Virus record (IMG/VR): IMGVR_UViG_3300021962_006841
Direction: 5' to 3' (one strand)
Length of the DNA stretch: 20,000 nt
From: an uncultured virus (IMG/VR IMGVR_UViG_3300021962_006841)
Lineage: Duplodnaviria; Heunggongvirae; Uroviricota; Caudoviricetes
The notes beneath the pieces were generated by a model. The model was not told where the DNA came from and searched no databases. It saw nothing but the letters and a program-made list of their open reading frames with translations. Made by a program: the position numbers and the translations under genes. Below are positions 1-8,428 of the stretch, piece by piece (within the stretch, counting starts at the first letter, position 1; each line of letters begins with the position of its first letter).

Positions 1-813
1 CTCTTTAATGATTAGCTTACCAGTTGTCTTACTTCTAAACCTTTCAATCTTTTTCTGATAGGCATCCTTTGTAAGGACTGCAAGCTCATCCAATGTGACA
101 TCTAGAAGATTGGCGTCAATTCTTTCAGCAATCTTCTCTTCAGCCATTTCCATCGTAATGTATAAAACATTCTGGCCAGATGATAGGTTGTGAGCAGCCA
201 TATGACACATCGCCAACGACTTACCTACACCAGTACCAGCCAGGATAATATTTAGAGTCTTACGAGGAAGGCCGCCCTTAGTAATCTTGTTCAAGAACTC
301 AATATCGAAGGGAATCCTTTTCTCCTTCTTATGATAATTCTCAAAACGAACTACAGAGTCCTCTAGGAAGTCATGGCCAATATGCTGGTCGAACGAAACA
401 GCCAAGGCATCGGAAAGTAGTTTCGGTATTGTACCTCTACTTTGCTGCTCCTTTTGGTTATCCATGATTTTAATCGAATCCATAATGGCATTATAGATTG
501 CCTTATCTTGACAAAACTTTTCCGTGTTGTCTAACAGCCATTGTTCATCGACTGTTGGATTCGTTCCTAATTGTTTGATACACTCTTTGGCTTGATCATA
601 GGTGGTCTGGTTCAAGCCTTTTAGTTCATCAAGATCTACACTAAGGACGGCCTTATTAGGGACTTTGTTATACTTCTCTACAAACTGCTTAACAAGCTCA
701 AAGATAACCTTCTGACCATCATCAGAAAAGTAATCTTTCTTCAAGAATGGTAGAGTCTTTCTAGCAAACTCATCATTCTCAACTAACGTAGAGATAATAT
801 AATTTTCAATCAT
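1..813 (-). CDS. gp41: T4-like gp41 replicative DNA helicase (DnaB family), 5' part; runs off window
   Basis: Manual translation from ATG at 813 (not in ORF track): MIENYIISTLVENDEFARKTLPFLKKDYF...WLLDNTEKFCQDKAIYNAI...ALAVSFDQHIGHDF...KITKGGLPRKTLNIILAGTGVGKSL (Walker A)...VLYITMEMAEEKIAERIDANLL; follows uvsX as in T4-like phages. Confidence 0.96.
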   Translation of the reverse strand, partial: MIENYIISTLVENDEFARKTLPFLKKDYFSDDGQKVIFELVKQFVEKYNKVPNKAVLSVDLDELKGLNQTTYDQAKECIKQLGTNPTVDEQWLLDNTEKFCQDKAIYNAIMDSIKIMDNQKEQQSRGTIPKLLSDALAVSFDQHIGHDFLEDSVVRFENYHKKEKRIPFDIEFLNKITKGGLPRKTLNIILAGTGVGKSLAMCHMAAHNLSSGQNVLYITMEMAEEKIAERIDANLLDVTLDELAVLTKDAYQKKIERFRSKTTGKLIIKE

Positions 814-968
814 ACAACTTCTTCAGCGATTCCTAAAATTTCAGCAAGGATCAACAAGAACCCTGCCATCACAACATACTGGCCAATCAATACGGCGCCA
901 GCTAAAATACGAAGACTACTCTTCGCCAGACTCCACTTCAAGTGATTCTTCGGATCCGGATGCTCCAT
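810..968 (-). CDS. Small hydrophobic (membrane) protein, about 52 aa
   Basis: MEHPDPKNHLKWSLAKSSLRILAGAVLIGQYVVMAGFLLILAEILGIAEEVV; SD AGGAG upstream of ATG at 968; TGA overlaps the gp41 ATG (ATGA); overlaps the uvsX 3' end in another frame. Confidence 0.7.
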   Translation of the reverse strand: MEHPDPKNHLKWSLAKSSLRILAGAVLIGQYVVMAGFLLILAEILGIAEEVV

Positions 969-1974
969 AACTAAACTCCTTCTTTGCGGCTTCATCAATT
1001 GCCTTCAATACTTCTTCTGTGTAATACTTCTCTGGATCTTCAAGAATGTTCTTACCAAAAACCTTAGATCCATCTGGCATCTCATACCGAGTAGATACTT
1101 TCTTAAAGATACCATACTTCTCAGCTAGATCAAGAAGACCGTAGTAGCGATCAAGACCAGAACTATATGTCAATAGACACTCAACCTGAGCATTCTCCTT
1201 AGAGAGTCTTGACTTATACATCTTAACCTTGATGACATTACCAACTACTTCGTTGTCAACCTTTTCCTTTCTCTTCGACAACATTGCAATAGTAGAAGCA
1301 GCATACTTCAAGCCAGTACCACCAGAGATCTCATTCATTGGAACATAAGAACCAACGACAGCATAGACATGGTTAGTTACCAACATTGGTACCTTATACT
1401 TTGCACACTTCAATGTCAAGACTCTGAATGCAGCCTTGATGACCTGACTCTTAGTCATGTCTCTAGTATCCTTACCTTCGAGTGAGTCAGCCATTTCTTT
1501 AGAAGTCGATAGCATACCCAAAGAATCTAGAACCATCATCATAGGAGGACGGTCACCTTCTTCTGTCTTACCATATGCTTCCAAGAACTTCAAAGCATGT
1601 TCTCTAAACTTCTGAATAGTATCAGGCTCGGCAATAATTACTCGCTTTGTATCAATACCACGCGACTTCATCATATCTCTAGTGACAGCAGCTTCAGTGT
1701 CATAATAGATGACACCAGCATCTGGATTGCTATCTAAGAAACTCTTTACAATACCTAGAACAAAGAACGTCTTACCAGTAGCACTTTCACCAGCAAAAGC
1801 AGTTATCTTGTTATTAGGAACGCCACCAAAGATTGACCCACTAAGAGCAGCATTAAGAGAATAGCTACCACTGTCAATGCTGCCTGTGAACTCAGCACTA
1901 CCAGCACCGTCCTCAGCAATAGATGTATCTTCATCTTTAATCTCTTCAATCAAATTACGGAAAAACTTAGACAT
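916..1974 (-). CDS. uvsX: RecA-like recombinase UvsX
   Basis: Walker A AGESATGKT, YYDTEAA, LDSLGML, DMTKSQVIK, TNHVY, GGTGLKYAASTI, KSRLSKE; GAGG SD. Confidence 0.96.
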   Translation of the reverse strand: MSKFFRNLIEEIKDEDTSIAEDGAGSAEFTGSIDSGSYSLNAALSGSIFGGVPNNKITAFAGESATGKTFFVLGIVKSFLDSNPDAGVIYYDTEAAVTRDMMKSRGIDTKRVIIAEPDTIQKFREHALKFLEAYGKTEEGDRPPMMMVLDSLGMLSTSKEMADSLEGKDTRDMTKSQVIKAAFRVLTLKCAKYKVPMLVTNHVYAVVGSYVPMNEISGGTGLKYAASTIAMLSKRKEKVDNEVVGNVIKVKMYKSRLSKENAQVECLLTYSSGLDRYYGLLDLAEKYGIFKKVSTRYEMPDGSKVFGKNILEDPEKYYTEEVLKAIDEAAKKEFSYGASGSEESLEVESGEE

Positions 1975-1987
1975 AATAACCTCAATG

Positions 1988-2821
1988 TTATAACTTCAGT
2001 ATCTCTTTCTTATTGACTACTATACCACGTTTTCCAAGTTTTCTCAACTCTTGAATACGTTTTTCTTGTTGAACTTTCTTGTCTCTATTGACAAAGTTAG
2101 AATTGGCGGCGATCAGAAGAATGACAGCAAGAGGGTCAAAGACCAATATAAGAAGTATAATAACCATCCGCACAGCGCTGCCAAAATGGCTTTCGGCATC
2201 AGATCCATAAACCAACTCCGCAATATACTTTAGTGGACCAACTTCAACTTCAATCTTTTTAACTTCTGACTCTAGCTTATTCCTTTTGGATTTCAGTTCA
2301 ACAAGCTCTTGCTCAACATCCTTTCGTTCTTGCTCAAGCTGTTTACGTTCACCATCTAGTCTTCTCTTCTCTTGTAGGCCCTTTGTCACAGAGCCCATCT
2401 CAATATACTTAACTAGAGTATTATCAATGTTTTCAATTTGTTTTTCAACTAGAACTTTTGTGTTTGTTCTTGATTCAATTGTATCATTAAGCGTTTGTAA
2501 TTCAGCACTAACATCAGATGTCATAAGTGCTTGAGTCTCGAGATGAGCTTTGGACAAGTAACCAAAGATACCCATTGATGTGATGAACATCAAGACAATG
2601 ATTGCTACCGATAGATAATACTTAATTAGCTTTGGTGCTTCTTCCCAGTTTCTGTAGAGCCAGCTAGCAGCGACTAACTTACCAAGCTCAAGGGCTGAGC
2701 CCATCACTACTACAGATATAAATGCACCACTAAAGATAGCTGCCAAGCCTACTACCGAATAGTAGGCAGCAACACCAGAAAGGATTAGTGCAACTGCTAG
2801 GACTAGATAATCAAGAAGCAT
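1988..2821 (-). CDS. Membrane protein with N-terminal TM helices, central coiled coil and C-terminal TM; function unknown
   Basis: About three hydrophobic segments in aa 1-90, E/K/L-rich heptads at about aa 100-195, hydrophobic MVIILLILVFDPLAVILLIAA; overlaps the upstream gene. Confidence 0.8.
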   Translation of the reverse strand: MLLDYLVLAVALILSGVAAYYSVVGLAAIFSGAFISVVVMGSALELGKLVAASWLYRNWEEAPKLIKYYLSVAIIVLMFITSMGIFGYLSKAHLETQALMTSDVSAELQTLNDTIESRTNTKVLVEKQIENIDNTLVKYIEMGSVTKGLQEKRRLDGERKQLEQERKDVEQELVELKSKRNKLESEVKKIEVEVGPLKYIAELVYGSDAESHFGSAVRMVIILLILVFDPLAVILLIAANSNFVNRDKKVQQEKRIQELRKLGKRGIVVNKKEILKL

Positions 2822-3113
2822 CTTTAGCGATTGTGAATAACTTCTCTAGCTCGGACTTAAACAACTTCATCTTCTCGACTCTATTTGGCCAATAGATATA
2901 GTTCTTGTCTGGATTCAACATTAGATTATTAAGCAATGGCGTAATCATCTGCTGAATCTGAACAACAGTGTCCTTATAGAGCTCAGCATTAGTAGCTTGC
3001 TCATCGAGAAGCTTTGAAAGCTCTTCGGTTTCCTGTTCGGCGCCAGTGAGCTTCTTTAACTCTTCTTCATCGACTGCGCTGAAACCAAAATCAAAGTTAT
3101 AACCTTTTTGCAT
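2811..3113 (-). CDS. Hypothetical phage protein (FDFGFSAVDE and YIYWPNR motifs)
   Basis: 100-aa ORF packed 4 nt downstream of the gp43 stop; motif style typical of T4-like hypothetical proteins. Confidence 0.8.
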   Translation of the reverse strand: MQKGYNFDFGFSAVDEEELKKLTGAEQETEELSKLLDEQATNAELYKDTVVQIQQMITPLLNNLMLNPDKNYIYWPNRVEKMKLFKSELEKLFTIAKDAS

Positions 3114-3117
3114 ATAA

Positions 3118-5664
3118 TTACCCGAACATGTCTTCTAGAGTTAATTGTTTCTCGCCCACTTCCCAACCAATGTTATCTGTAATTGACCTCATTGGTTCGA
3201 TGAACGACTTCTCAAACTGAGTATCATGATCAATATATCCATCCATATTGAATTGCTTTGGTAATGCACCAGGCGATGATATCACATTAGTGGAAAGTGG
3301 ATTAGGTGTTCTCAAATAACAGAACTTAATCTTATCACCATCTTGTATCTTGTTGTGCTTTTTGTCGAGACCATACTTATTTATGAAAGTATTGTAAACA
3401 AGAGCGCCACGAACATGGATTGGGATTGCCTTACCACCTATCTGATGTTTTGTCACACCCTGGCAACTTCTTGGAAAAGCAACATCTTCAAATGGTAGAC
3501 TATCAAACTCTTGCTTGAAGTCTTCGACATACTGTCTAAATTCATCCTTAGTGCCATTCATAATAATGTCAAGCGACTTCTTAATTGCTTCCTTGATCTT
3601 GGCAGGAGTCGATGACTTCACAGCTTCGATACCTTTCATCTTTAGCTTTGGCTTCTCATATTGAACACCTTCTTCGTTGAAGACATTCAAGATGTATCTC
3701 TTCTTAGCAACCCAGATACCCTTATCAGCGATAGACTCTCGCTTCATCTGCATGCGCTGACTATAGATCAACATATGGTTTGCTAGGTCATCATAACTCT
3801 TTTCGATGAATGGTTGGAAGACTTCATCACATGCCTTATCAAGCATACGGATGACTTTATCTCTTTCTGGTACCTTACCACTGTACACTTTCTCTACAAA
3901 CTTATCGAGAGTAATATACAACGAGTCCGTGTCGACAGCGATAACGTAATCAATGTTGTCGGTCTTGAGAGTCTTATTCAAGAACTCATTCATCTTCGCC
4001 TGCATCCAACGAATTGATACCTGGCCTGATAGCGTAATTGCTTCAGCAAGATCTGTATCAAAGAATCGGAAGTAGATATTAGATAAAGCACCATAACAAC
4101 TATTCAGCTGAATCTTCTTCGCCATCTGCATATTGTTATACTGAACGTACTTCTTCTCATCTTCTGGGTCTTTCGATAGCTCATACTTCTGCTTTGCTTC
4201 AAGCATCAGCTTCTTATACTTCTTTCTATCGGCAAAGACCTTTTCCATTAGTGCTGGTAGGAAGCCGAGCTTGTCCTTTCTATACATTGTACCATTAGCA
4301 CAGAGTGTATAGTCGAGACTCTTTGCATCATCCTTGGCCATCTGGTATGAACCTGTATTGTCAAGACAATCTTCTGGTGTAAGGTCAACCTTATTGATCT
4401 TTGTGTCAGGTGAAATGTTATACTGCATGATCAAAGATGGGTACAGAGATGTCAAGTCAAATGAGACAACATACTTATACATTCCAGGCTTTGGATCTTT
4501 TACATAAGCGCCTTTGATTGGTTGATCCTTCTCTTCTCTAACCAACTTGAGTTCTTCCTCATTCTTTGAAAGAGGAACAACGATATTGTTATCGATTAGA
4601 TAGTTGTGGATAATCATATCCCACATACGGACAGTACGAAGGGTGTCGATGTAATCGACCTTTGCATCATATGCAATAGCAAGTACTTGATCAATAAGCT
4701 TCATCTTATCATCAAGTTGGCTTACAAGGGTAACGTCGTGGATATTATACTCAATGAACTTTTGGAAGTCGTGCTTATAAAGATCGAAGAGACTTTCATA
4801 CTCAGAGTAGTCAATCTTTTTTTCACCGAGCTCAAGATGAGCAATATGGTTAAGAGAATAGCTTTCTGTATCGGAGTATGTAAACTTTCTATAAAGTTGC
4901 AAGTAGTCAAGCACCGAGATTCCTCTCAATGTCTTGGCCTTGAGAGTCTTACCAGAGCCTCTCATAATAATTTCTTTATCGTCGACGATCTTCCAAGGCG
5001 AGAGCTTTTTTGACATCTTACCTTCGTCATTGAATACTCTATCGATTCTATTGACAAGGTATGGAATATCGAACCCCTCTACGTTCCATCCAGTTACAAT
5101 GTCTGGATCGACAAGAGGAGAATCCCAAAGTGTTAGGAACTTCATAATCAAATCACGCTCGTTCTTACACTTAGCATACATAATGTTGTCAGCAGAAGGA
5201 GTATAGTCACCACAACCAAATGTGTAGTACCTATCCTTAACCTTGATAGTGATAGCAGTTAGTGCCTTATCAGCTTCATCGATGTTAGGGAATCCTTCGT
5301 CAGCTGCGACCTCGATATCGAGGTGGACGATGTTCATTAAAGACGCATCGTACTGAATCTCGCCAGGATAGTATTCATGGATGAATGGATAGATGAGAGA
5401 ACTCTTTGATGTCATCCCATAGAGTTTGATTCCCTCTACACCCTCATACATCTTCATATAATCCATCATCTCGTTGATAGATTCGAAGTCCTTTCTATCG
5501 GCTGGATACCCATCGATAGTTTTATAAGGAGCATTAGGATTGCTCGATCGCTGGAAACAAAAAGGTTGATATGGGATGTCAGTATGGACTCTACGACCAT
5601 CCTCATAACCACGAAGGAGAATCTTATTCCCTCGGATGCTTACATTTGTATAGAACTTGCTCAT
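3118..5664 (-). CDS. gp43: Family B DNA polymerase gp43
   Basis: ExoI LDIEV, ExoII GWNVEGFDIPY, ExoIII YNIHD; polymerase motifs SFDLTSLYPS, KKIQLNSCYG, VDTDS, KKRY; C-terminal clamp-binding peptide TLEDMFG; 848 aa with no intein. Confidence 0.98.
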   Translation of the reverse strand: MSKFYTNVSIRGNKILLRGYEDGRRVHTDIPYQPFCFQRSSNPNAPYKTIDGYPADRKDFESINEMMDYMKMYEGVEGIKLYGMTSKSSLIYPFIHEYYPGEIQYDASLMNIVHLDIEVAADEGFPNIDEADKALTAITIKVKDRYYTFGCGDYTPSADNIMYAKCKNERDLIMKFLTLWDSPLVDPDIVTGWNVEGFDIPYLVNRIDRVFNDEGKMSKKLSPWKIVDDKEIIMRGSGKTLKAKTLRGISVLDYLQLYRKFTYSDTESYSLNHIAHLELGEKKIDYSEYESLFDLYKHDFQKFIEYNIHDVTLVSQLDDKMKLIDQVLAIAYDAKVDYIDTLRTVRMWDMIIHNYLIDNNIVVPLSKNEEELKLVREEKDQPIKGAYVKDPKPGMYKYVVSFDLTSLYPSLIMQYNISPDTKINKVDLTPEDCLDNTGSYQMAKDDAKSLDYTLCANGTMYRKDKLGFLPALMEKVFADRKKYKKLMLEAKQKYELSKDPEDEKKYVQYNNMQMAKKIQLNSCYGALSNIYFRFFDTDLAEAITLSGQVSIRWMQAKMNEFLNKTLKTDNIDYVIAVDTDSLYITLDKFVEKVYSGKVPERDKVIRMLDKACDEVFQPFIEKSYDDLANHMLIYSQRMQMKRESIADKGIWVAKKRYILNVFNEEGVQYEKPKLKMKGIEAVKSSTPAKIKEAIKKSLDIIMNGTKDEFRQYVEDFKQEFDSLPFEDVAFPRSCQGVTKHQIGGKAIPIHVRGALVYNTFINKYGLDKKHNKIQDGDKIKFCYLRTPNPLSTNVISSPGALPKQFNMDGYIDHDTQFEKSFIEPMRSITDNIGWEVGEKQLTLEDMFG

Positions 5665-5996
5665 TCAGTGACTACTTTACGCCATTTCCCATTAACTTTC
5701 AAGTACAATTCTCCATCAGGACCTGGCTTGAACGAAACATCAACATGCTCAACAGTTCCAGGAACAAACTCTGGTGTTTGATGACTAAAAACCGTTAGTT
5801 TGTTAGTTGGGTTTATTGTACCGAGGCCAACCTTCTCGCCATATGTTGCTCGCAATTGTAAGTGCGAGCCGCCATCAAGTTGTTCAATATGCTTTGGCTT
5901 ATCCTTAGGAAGGATAGCTGCAGCAGCGACAACGCCACCTGTGGCGACGCCACCAGCAAGACCAAGATACTTAAAGAAATTACGTCTAGTTGCCAT
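5661..5996 (-). CDS. Protein with twin-arginine (Tat) signal peptide; function unknown
   Basis: N-terminus MATRRNFFK matches S/T-R-R-x-F-L-K, followed by a Gly/Ala/Val h-region; GGAG SD; stop overlaps the gp43 ATG. Confidence 0.75.
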   Translation of the reverse strand: MATRRNFFKYLGLAGGVATGGVVAAAAILPKDKPKHIEQLDGGSHLQLRATYGEKVGLGTINPTNKLTVFSHQTPEFVPGTVEHVDVSFKPGPDGELYLKVNGKWRKVVTE

Positions 5997-6153
5997 AGTA
6001 ACGTCTCCACAATGAATCAGCTAGCAGTGCTAGTACCATCGATAATAGGGCATAGATGTCTGGTACCCAATTAGTGAAGACATTAACAAAGGTAAAGATT
6101 GAGGTAGAAAGAAGAACTAAAAGAATAGATAGTTCAATAGTAAGATATTTCAT
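5986..6153 (-). CDS. Small two-TM membrane protein, 55 aa (below ORF track cutoff)
   Basis: Manual translation MKYLTIELSILLVLLSTSIFTFVNVFTNWVPDIYALLSMVLALLADSLWRRYYGN*; strong SD AGGAGG; just downstream of the 6180-6208 promoter; overlaps the next start. Confidence 0.7.
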   Translation of the reverse strand: MKYLTIELSILLVLLSTSIFTFVNVFTNWVPDIYALLSMVLALLADSLWRRYYGN

Positions 6154-6179
6154 AAACAATCCTCCTAGAATAGGGAGGT

Positions 6180-6208
6180 AGTATATACAAAAAGAAAGGG
6201 GGAGTCAA
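6180..6208 (-). promoter_or_regulatory. Sigma70-like (early) promoter TTGACT-N17-TATACT
   Basis: Minus strand TTGACT CCCCCTTTCTTTTTGTA TATACT; same architecture as the promoter at 12020-12048. Confidence 0.7.
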
Positions 6209-6221
6209 CGCTCCCCCTTTC
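6189..6221 (-). terminator. Rho-independent terminator after porin gene
   Basis: GAAAGGGGGAG-cgttga-CTCCCCCTTTC-TTTTT on the minus strand. Confidence 0.85.
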
Positions 6222-6245
6222 AGATCATCGTGTAATGTTCAATTA

Positions 6246-7283
6246 TTAGAACGTATATACTAGGTCAAGCATTGCTCTTGTGTAGTCAACCTTACCAGCA
6301 CCGACTTCAACGTCGAAGTAAGAACCACGAATTGACCAACCGTCAGCAAGTCCATATGCTGCGCGAAGTGCCATACCGTCATGAAGAGCTGCTTCACCAC
6401 CGAAGTCACTATCTGTCCATACGGCTGATAGTGCGTTGGCTTCTGCATCTTGCTTCATTAGGCTGACTTCCCAATCACCTGCCTTCTTAACGCCGCCAAG
6501 ACGGACGCCATAAGCAAGTGCTGTGTCGGCTCTTTTTGCTTCGTCATTCTTTAGTTGTTGAACAAATAGTTTTACAGGAACACCAGCAACTTCCTTTGCT
6601 GCTGACGCTGTAAGAACTAACTGCTTGTGCTTTACGCTTGAGCTACAAACTGGAAGAGATGGAACTGATGCGCCACCTGCAACTGAAAGAGGATATACAA
6701 TGTAGCAGAGATCTGCTCTTGTAACCACTTTCTGATCTAGCAATGCTGCATGAGCAGCTAGATCAAAGCCAGCAACTTTCTTTGCTGCTCCAACTTGAAC
6801 ACCCATGAGTGTGCTATCTGCATCAGCAGCATTCTCAACTAACTTGAGCTTGAATGCGCTGGCTGATAATCCACTCTCATTCTTTAGCGCAACTGCAAGA
6901 CCTTCTGGCTTGATGTCACCATCAAACATAAGACCTTCCATAACCCATGGCTGATTCATTTTGCCAAGAGTTACCTTTACGTTATCTGCAGCTGCATATT
7001 CAACATAAGCCAAATTGAGATCAACGGCCTTTAATGAACCGCCCGCCATGTCATTCCATGCTGACTTTGCTGAACCAGTACGAACGCCAACAACAACTTT
7101 TGTTTTGTCATTGACATCTGCCTTGGCAACTAGACCAACACGAAAACGATCACGATCTGAATTGGCATTGCCGATCTCTAAACTATCGTTACGATAGCCA
7201 AAGTCGCCACTCCATTTCACATCGGCTGCTTGCGCAACTGACATTGATCCCAAAATAACAGATGCTAGAATTGCTTTATGCAT
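6246..7283 (-). CDS. Outer-membrane beta-barrel porin (putative phosphate-associated porin)
   Basis: Sec signal MHKAILASVILGSMSVAQA; SGDFGYR, RDRFRVGL, LNLAYVEY, TLGKM, FDGDIKPEG, TDSDFGG; amphipathic strands; C-terminal LDLVYTF (BAM signal); AAGGAG SD; follows pstS. Confidence 0.85.
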   Translation of the reverse strand: MHKAILASVILGSMSVAQAADVKWSGDFGYRNDSLEIGNANSDRDRFRVGLVAKADVNDKTKVVVGVRTGSAKSAWNDMAGGSLKAVDLNLAYVEYAAADNVKVTLGKMNQPWVMEGLMFDGDIKPEGLAVALKNESGLSASAFKLKLVENAADADSTLMGVQVGAAKKVAGFDLAAHAALLDQKVVTRADLCYIVYPLSVAGGASVPSLPVCSSSVKHKQLVLTASAAKEVAGVPVKLFVQQLKNDEAKRADTALAYGVRLGGVKKAGDWEVSLMKQDAEANALSAVWTDSDFGGEAALHDGMALRAAYGLADGWSIRGSYFDVEVGAGKVDYTRAMLDLVYTF

Positions 7284-7309
7284 TTTCTTCTCCTTGTGTC
7301 GCCGCGATA

Positions 7310-8308
7310 TTACGGCTTGAAGTTTTTCAATGATTTAACGTCTGCTCTTGTTTTAGCAAGATCAGACTTTTCAAGAGCAACAAGTCCACGGTCAGAAAGA
7401 TAACCTTCCTCACCAATAGCCTTATTGCTCACATACTCTTCCATAAATTCCTTCAAGCCAGGTATCACATTAATATGTGCTTTCTTAACATAAATGAACA
7501 ATGGTCGAGCAGCTGTATATTTATCTGAAGAGATAGTTTCAAACGTTGGTAGGACACCATTGATAGCTACTGCTCTGACCTTATCAGCATTCTCTTCTAA
7601 GAATGAATAACCAAAGATACCAAATGCATTCTTATTGGCATTTAACTTTTGAACAATTAAGTTATCATTCTCACCAGCTTCGACATAGGCACCATCTTCT
7701 CTGATAGCATGGCACTTCTTCTTTTCTTCAAATGGGCAACCTGGTTCCATGAATAGTTCATGGAATGAATCTCTTGTGCCGGATGTTGGTGGTGGACCAA
7801 GTACTTCAATCTTAGTTGCTGGTAGCGAAGCGTTAATTTGATTCCATGTCTTATAAGGATTGGCAATTAGATTGCCTTGGGCATCTGGCACTTGCTTAGC
7901 AAGAGCAAGCCACACATGCTCCTTTGTCATTGATGCAGACTTTGCTTGCTTCGAGTTAGCAATTGTTAGTCCATCGAAGCCAACTTTAATCTCAACAATT
8001 TCACTTACACCATTCTTTACACAAGTCTCAAACTCACCCTTCTTCATTGCGCGTGAGGCATTGGCAACATCTGGATGTTGTGGGCCAACACCATTACAAA
8101 ATAATTTAATACCACCACCTGTGCCGGTTGATTCAACCTTTGGTGTCTTAAACTTTCCGCCACGACCAAACTGTTCTGCTACAGCTGTTGTGAAAGGATA
8201 GACTGTCGATGAACCAACAATAGTGATCTGATCTCTCCCTTGTGCATGTGCTAATTGTGATGCAACAATAAGAGCGAAAGCAAATAATAGAGCAAGTTTA
8301 GATTTCAT
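7310..8308 (-). CDS. pstS: Phosphate ABC transporter substrate-binding protein PstS
   Basis: IVGSSTVYPF, VESTGTGGG, ANASR, GPPPTSGTRDSF, EAGENDNLI, GIFGYSF, RPLFIYVK; signal peptide from MKSKLALL (ATG at 8308 with GGAG SD). Confidence 0.93.
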   Translation of the reverse strand: MKSKLALLFAFALIVASQLAHAQGRDQITIVGSSTVYPFTTAVAEQFGRGGKFKTPKVESTGTGGGIKLFCNGVGPQHPDVANASRAMKKGEFETCVKNGVSEIVEIKVGFDGLTIANSKQAKSASMTKEHVWLALAKQVPDAQGNLIANPYKTWNQINASLPATKIEVLGPPPTSGTRDSFHELFMEPGCPFEEKKKCHAIREDGAYVEAGENDNLIVQKLNANKNAFGIFGYSFLEENADKVRAVAINGVLPTFETISSDKYTAARPLFIYVKKAHINVIPGLKEFMEEYVSNKAIGEEGYLSDRGLVALEKSDLAKTRADVKSLKNFKP

Positions 8309-8363
8309 TTTCGTATGTCTCCATAAAGGCAGGATTGCCATTTAATATTTAATATGGGGACGT

Positions 8364-8385
8364 CAAACTTTAATCAAATCTTAAT
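8364..8385. promoter_or_regulatory. 11-bp-period direct repeat upstream of pstS (possible Pho-box-like site)
   Basis: CAAACTTTAAT CAAATCTTAAT (9/11 identical); overlaps a possible TTGATT-N17-TATTAA promoter on the minus strand. Confidence 0.35.
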
Positions 8386-8392
8386 ATTTCGT

Positions 8393-8423
8393 AAAAGAAA
8401 GGGGGCGGTTAAGCCCCCTTTCT
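8393..8423 (-). terminator. Rho-independent terminator after hsp20
   Basis: AGAAAGGGGGC-ttaacc-GCCCCCTTTCT-TTT on the minus strand. Confidence 0.85.
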
Positions 8424-8428
8424 GTTAG

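Noticed and set aside
3118..5664. Intein, intron or split gp43; altered polymerase active site
   Set aside because: The ORF is continuous, of normal length, and has standard motifs.
8309..8341. Longer pstS start at 8341
   Set aside because: ATG at 8308 has a GGAG SD and gives a normal signal peptide.
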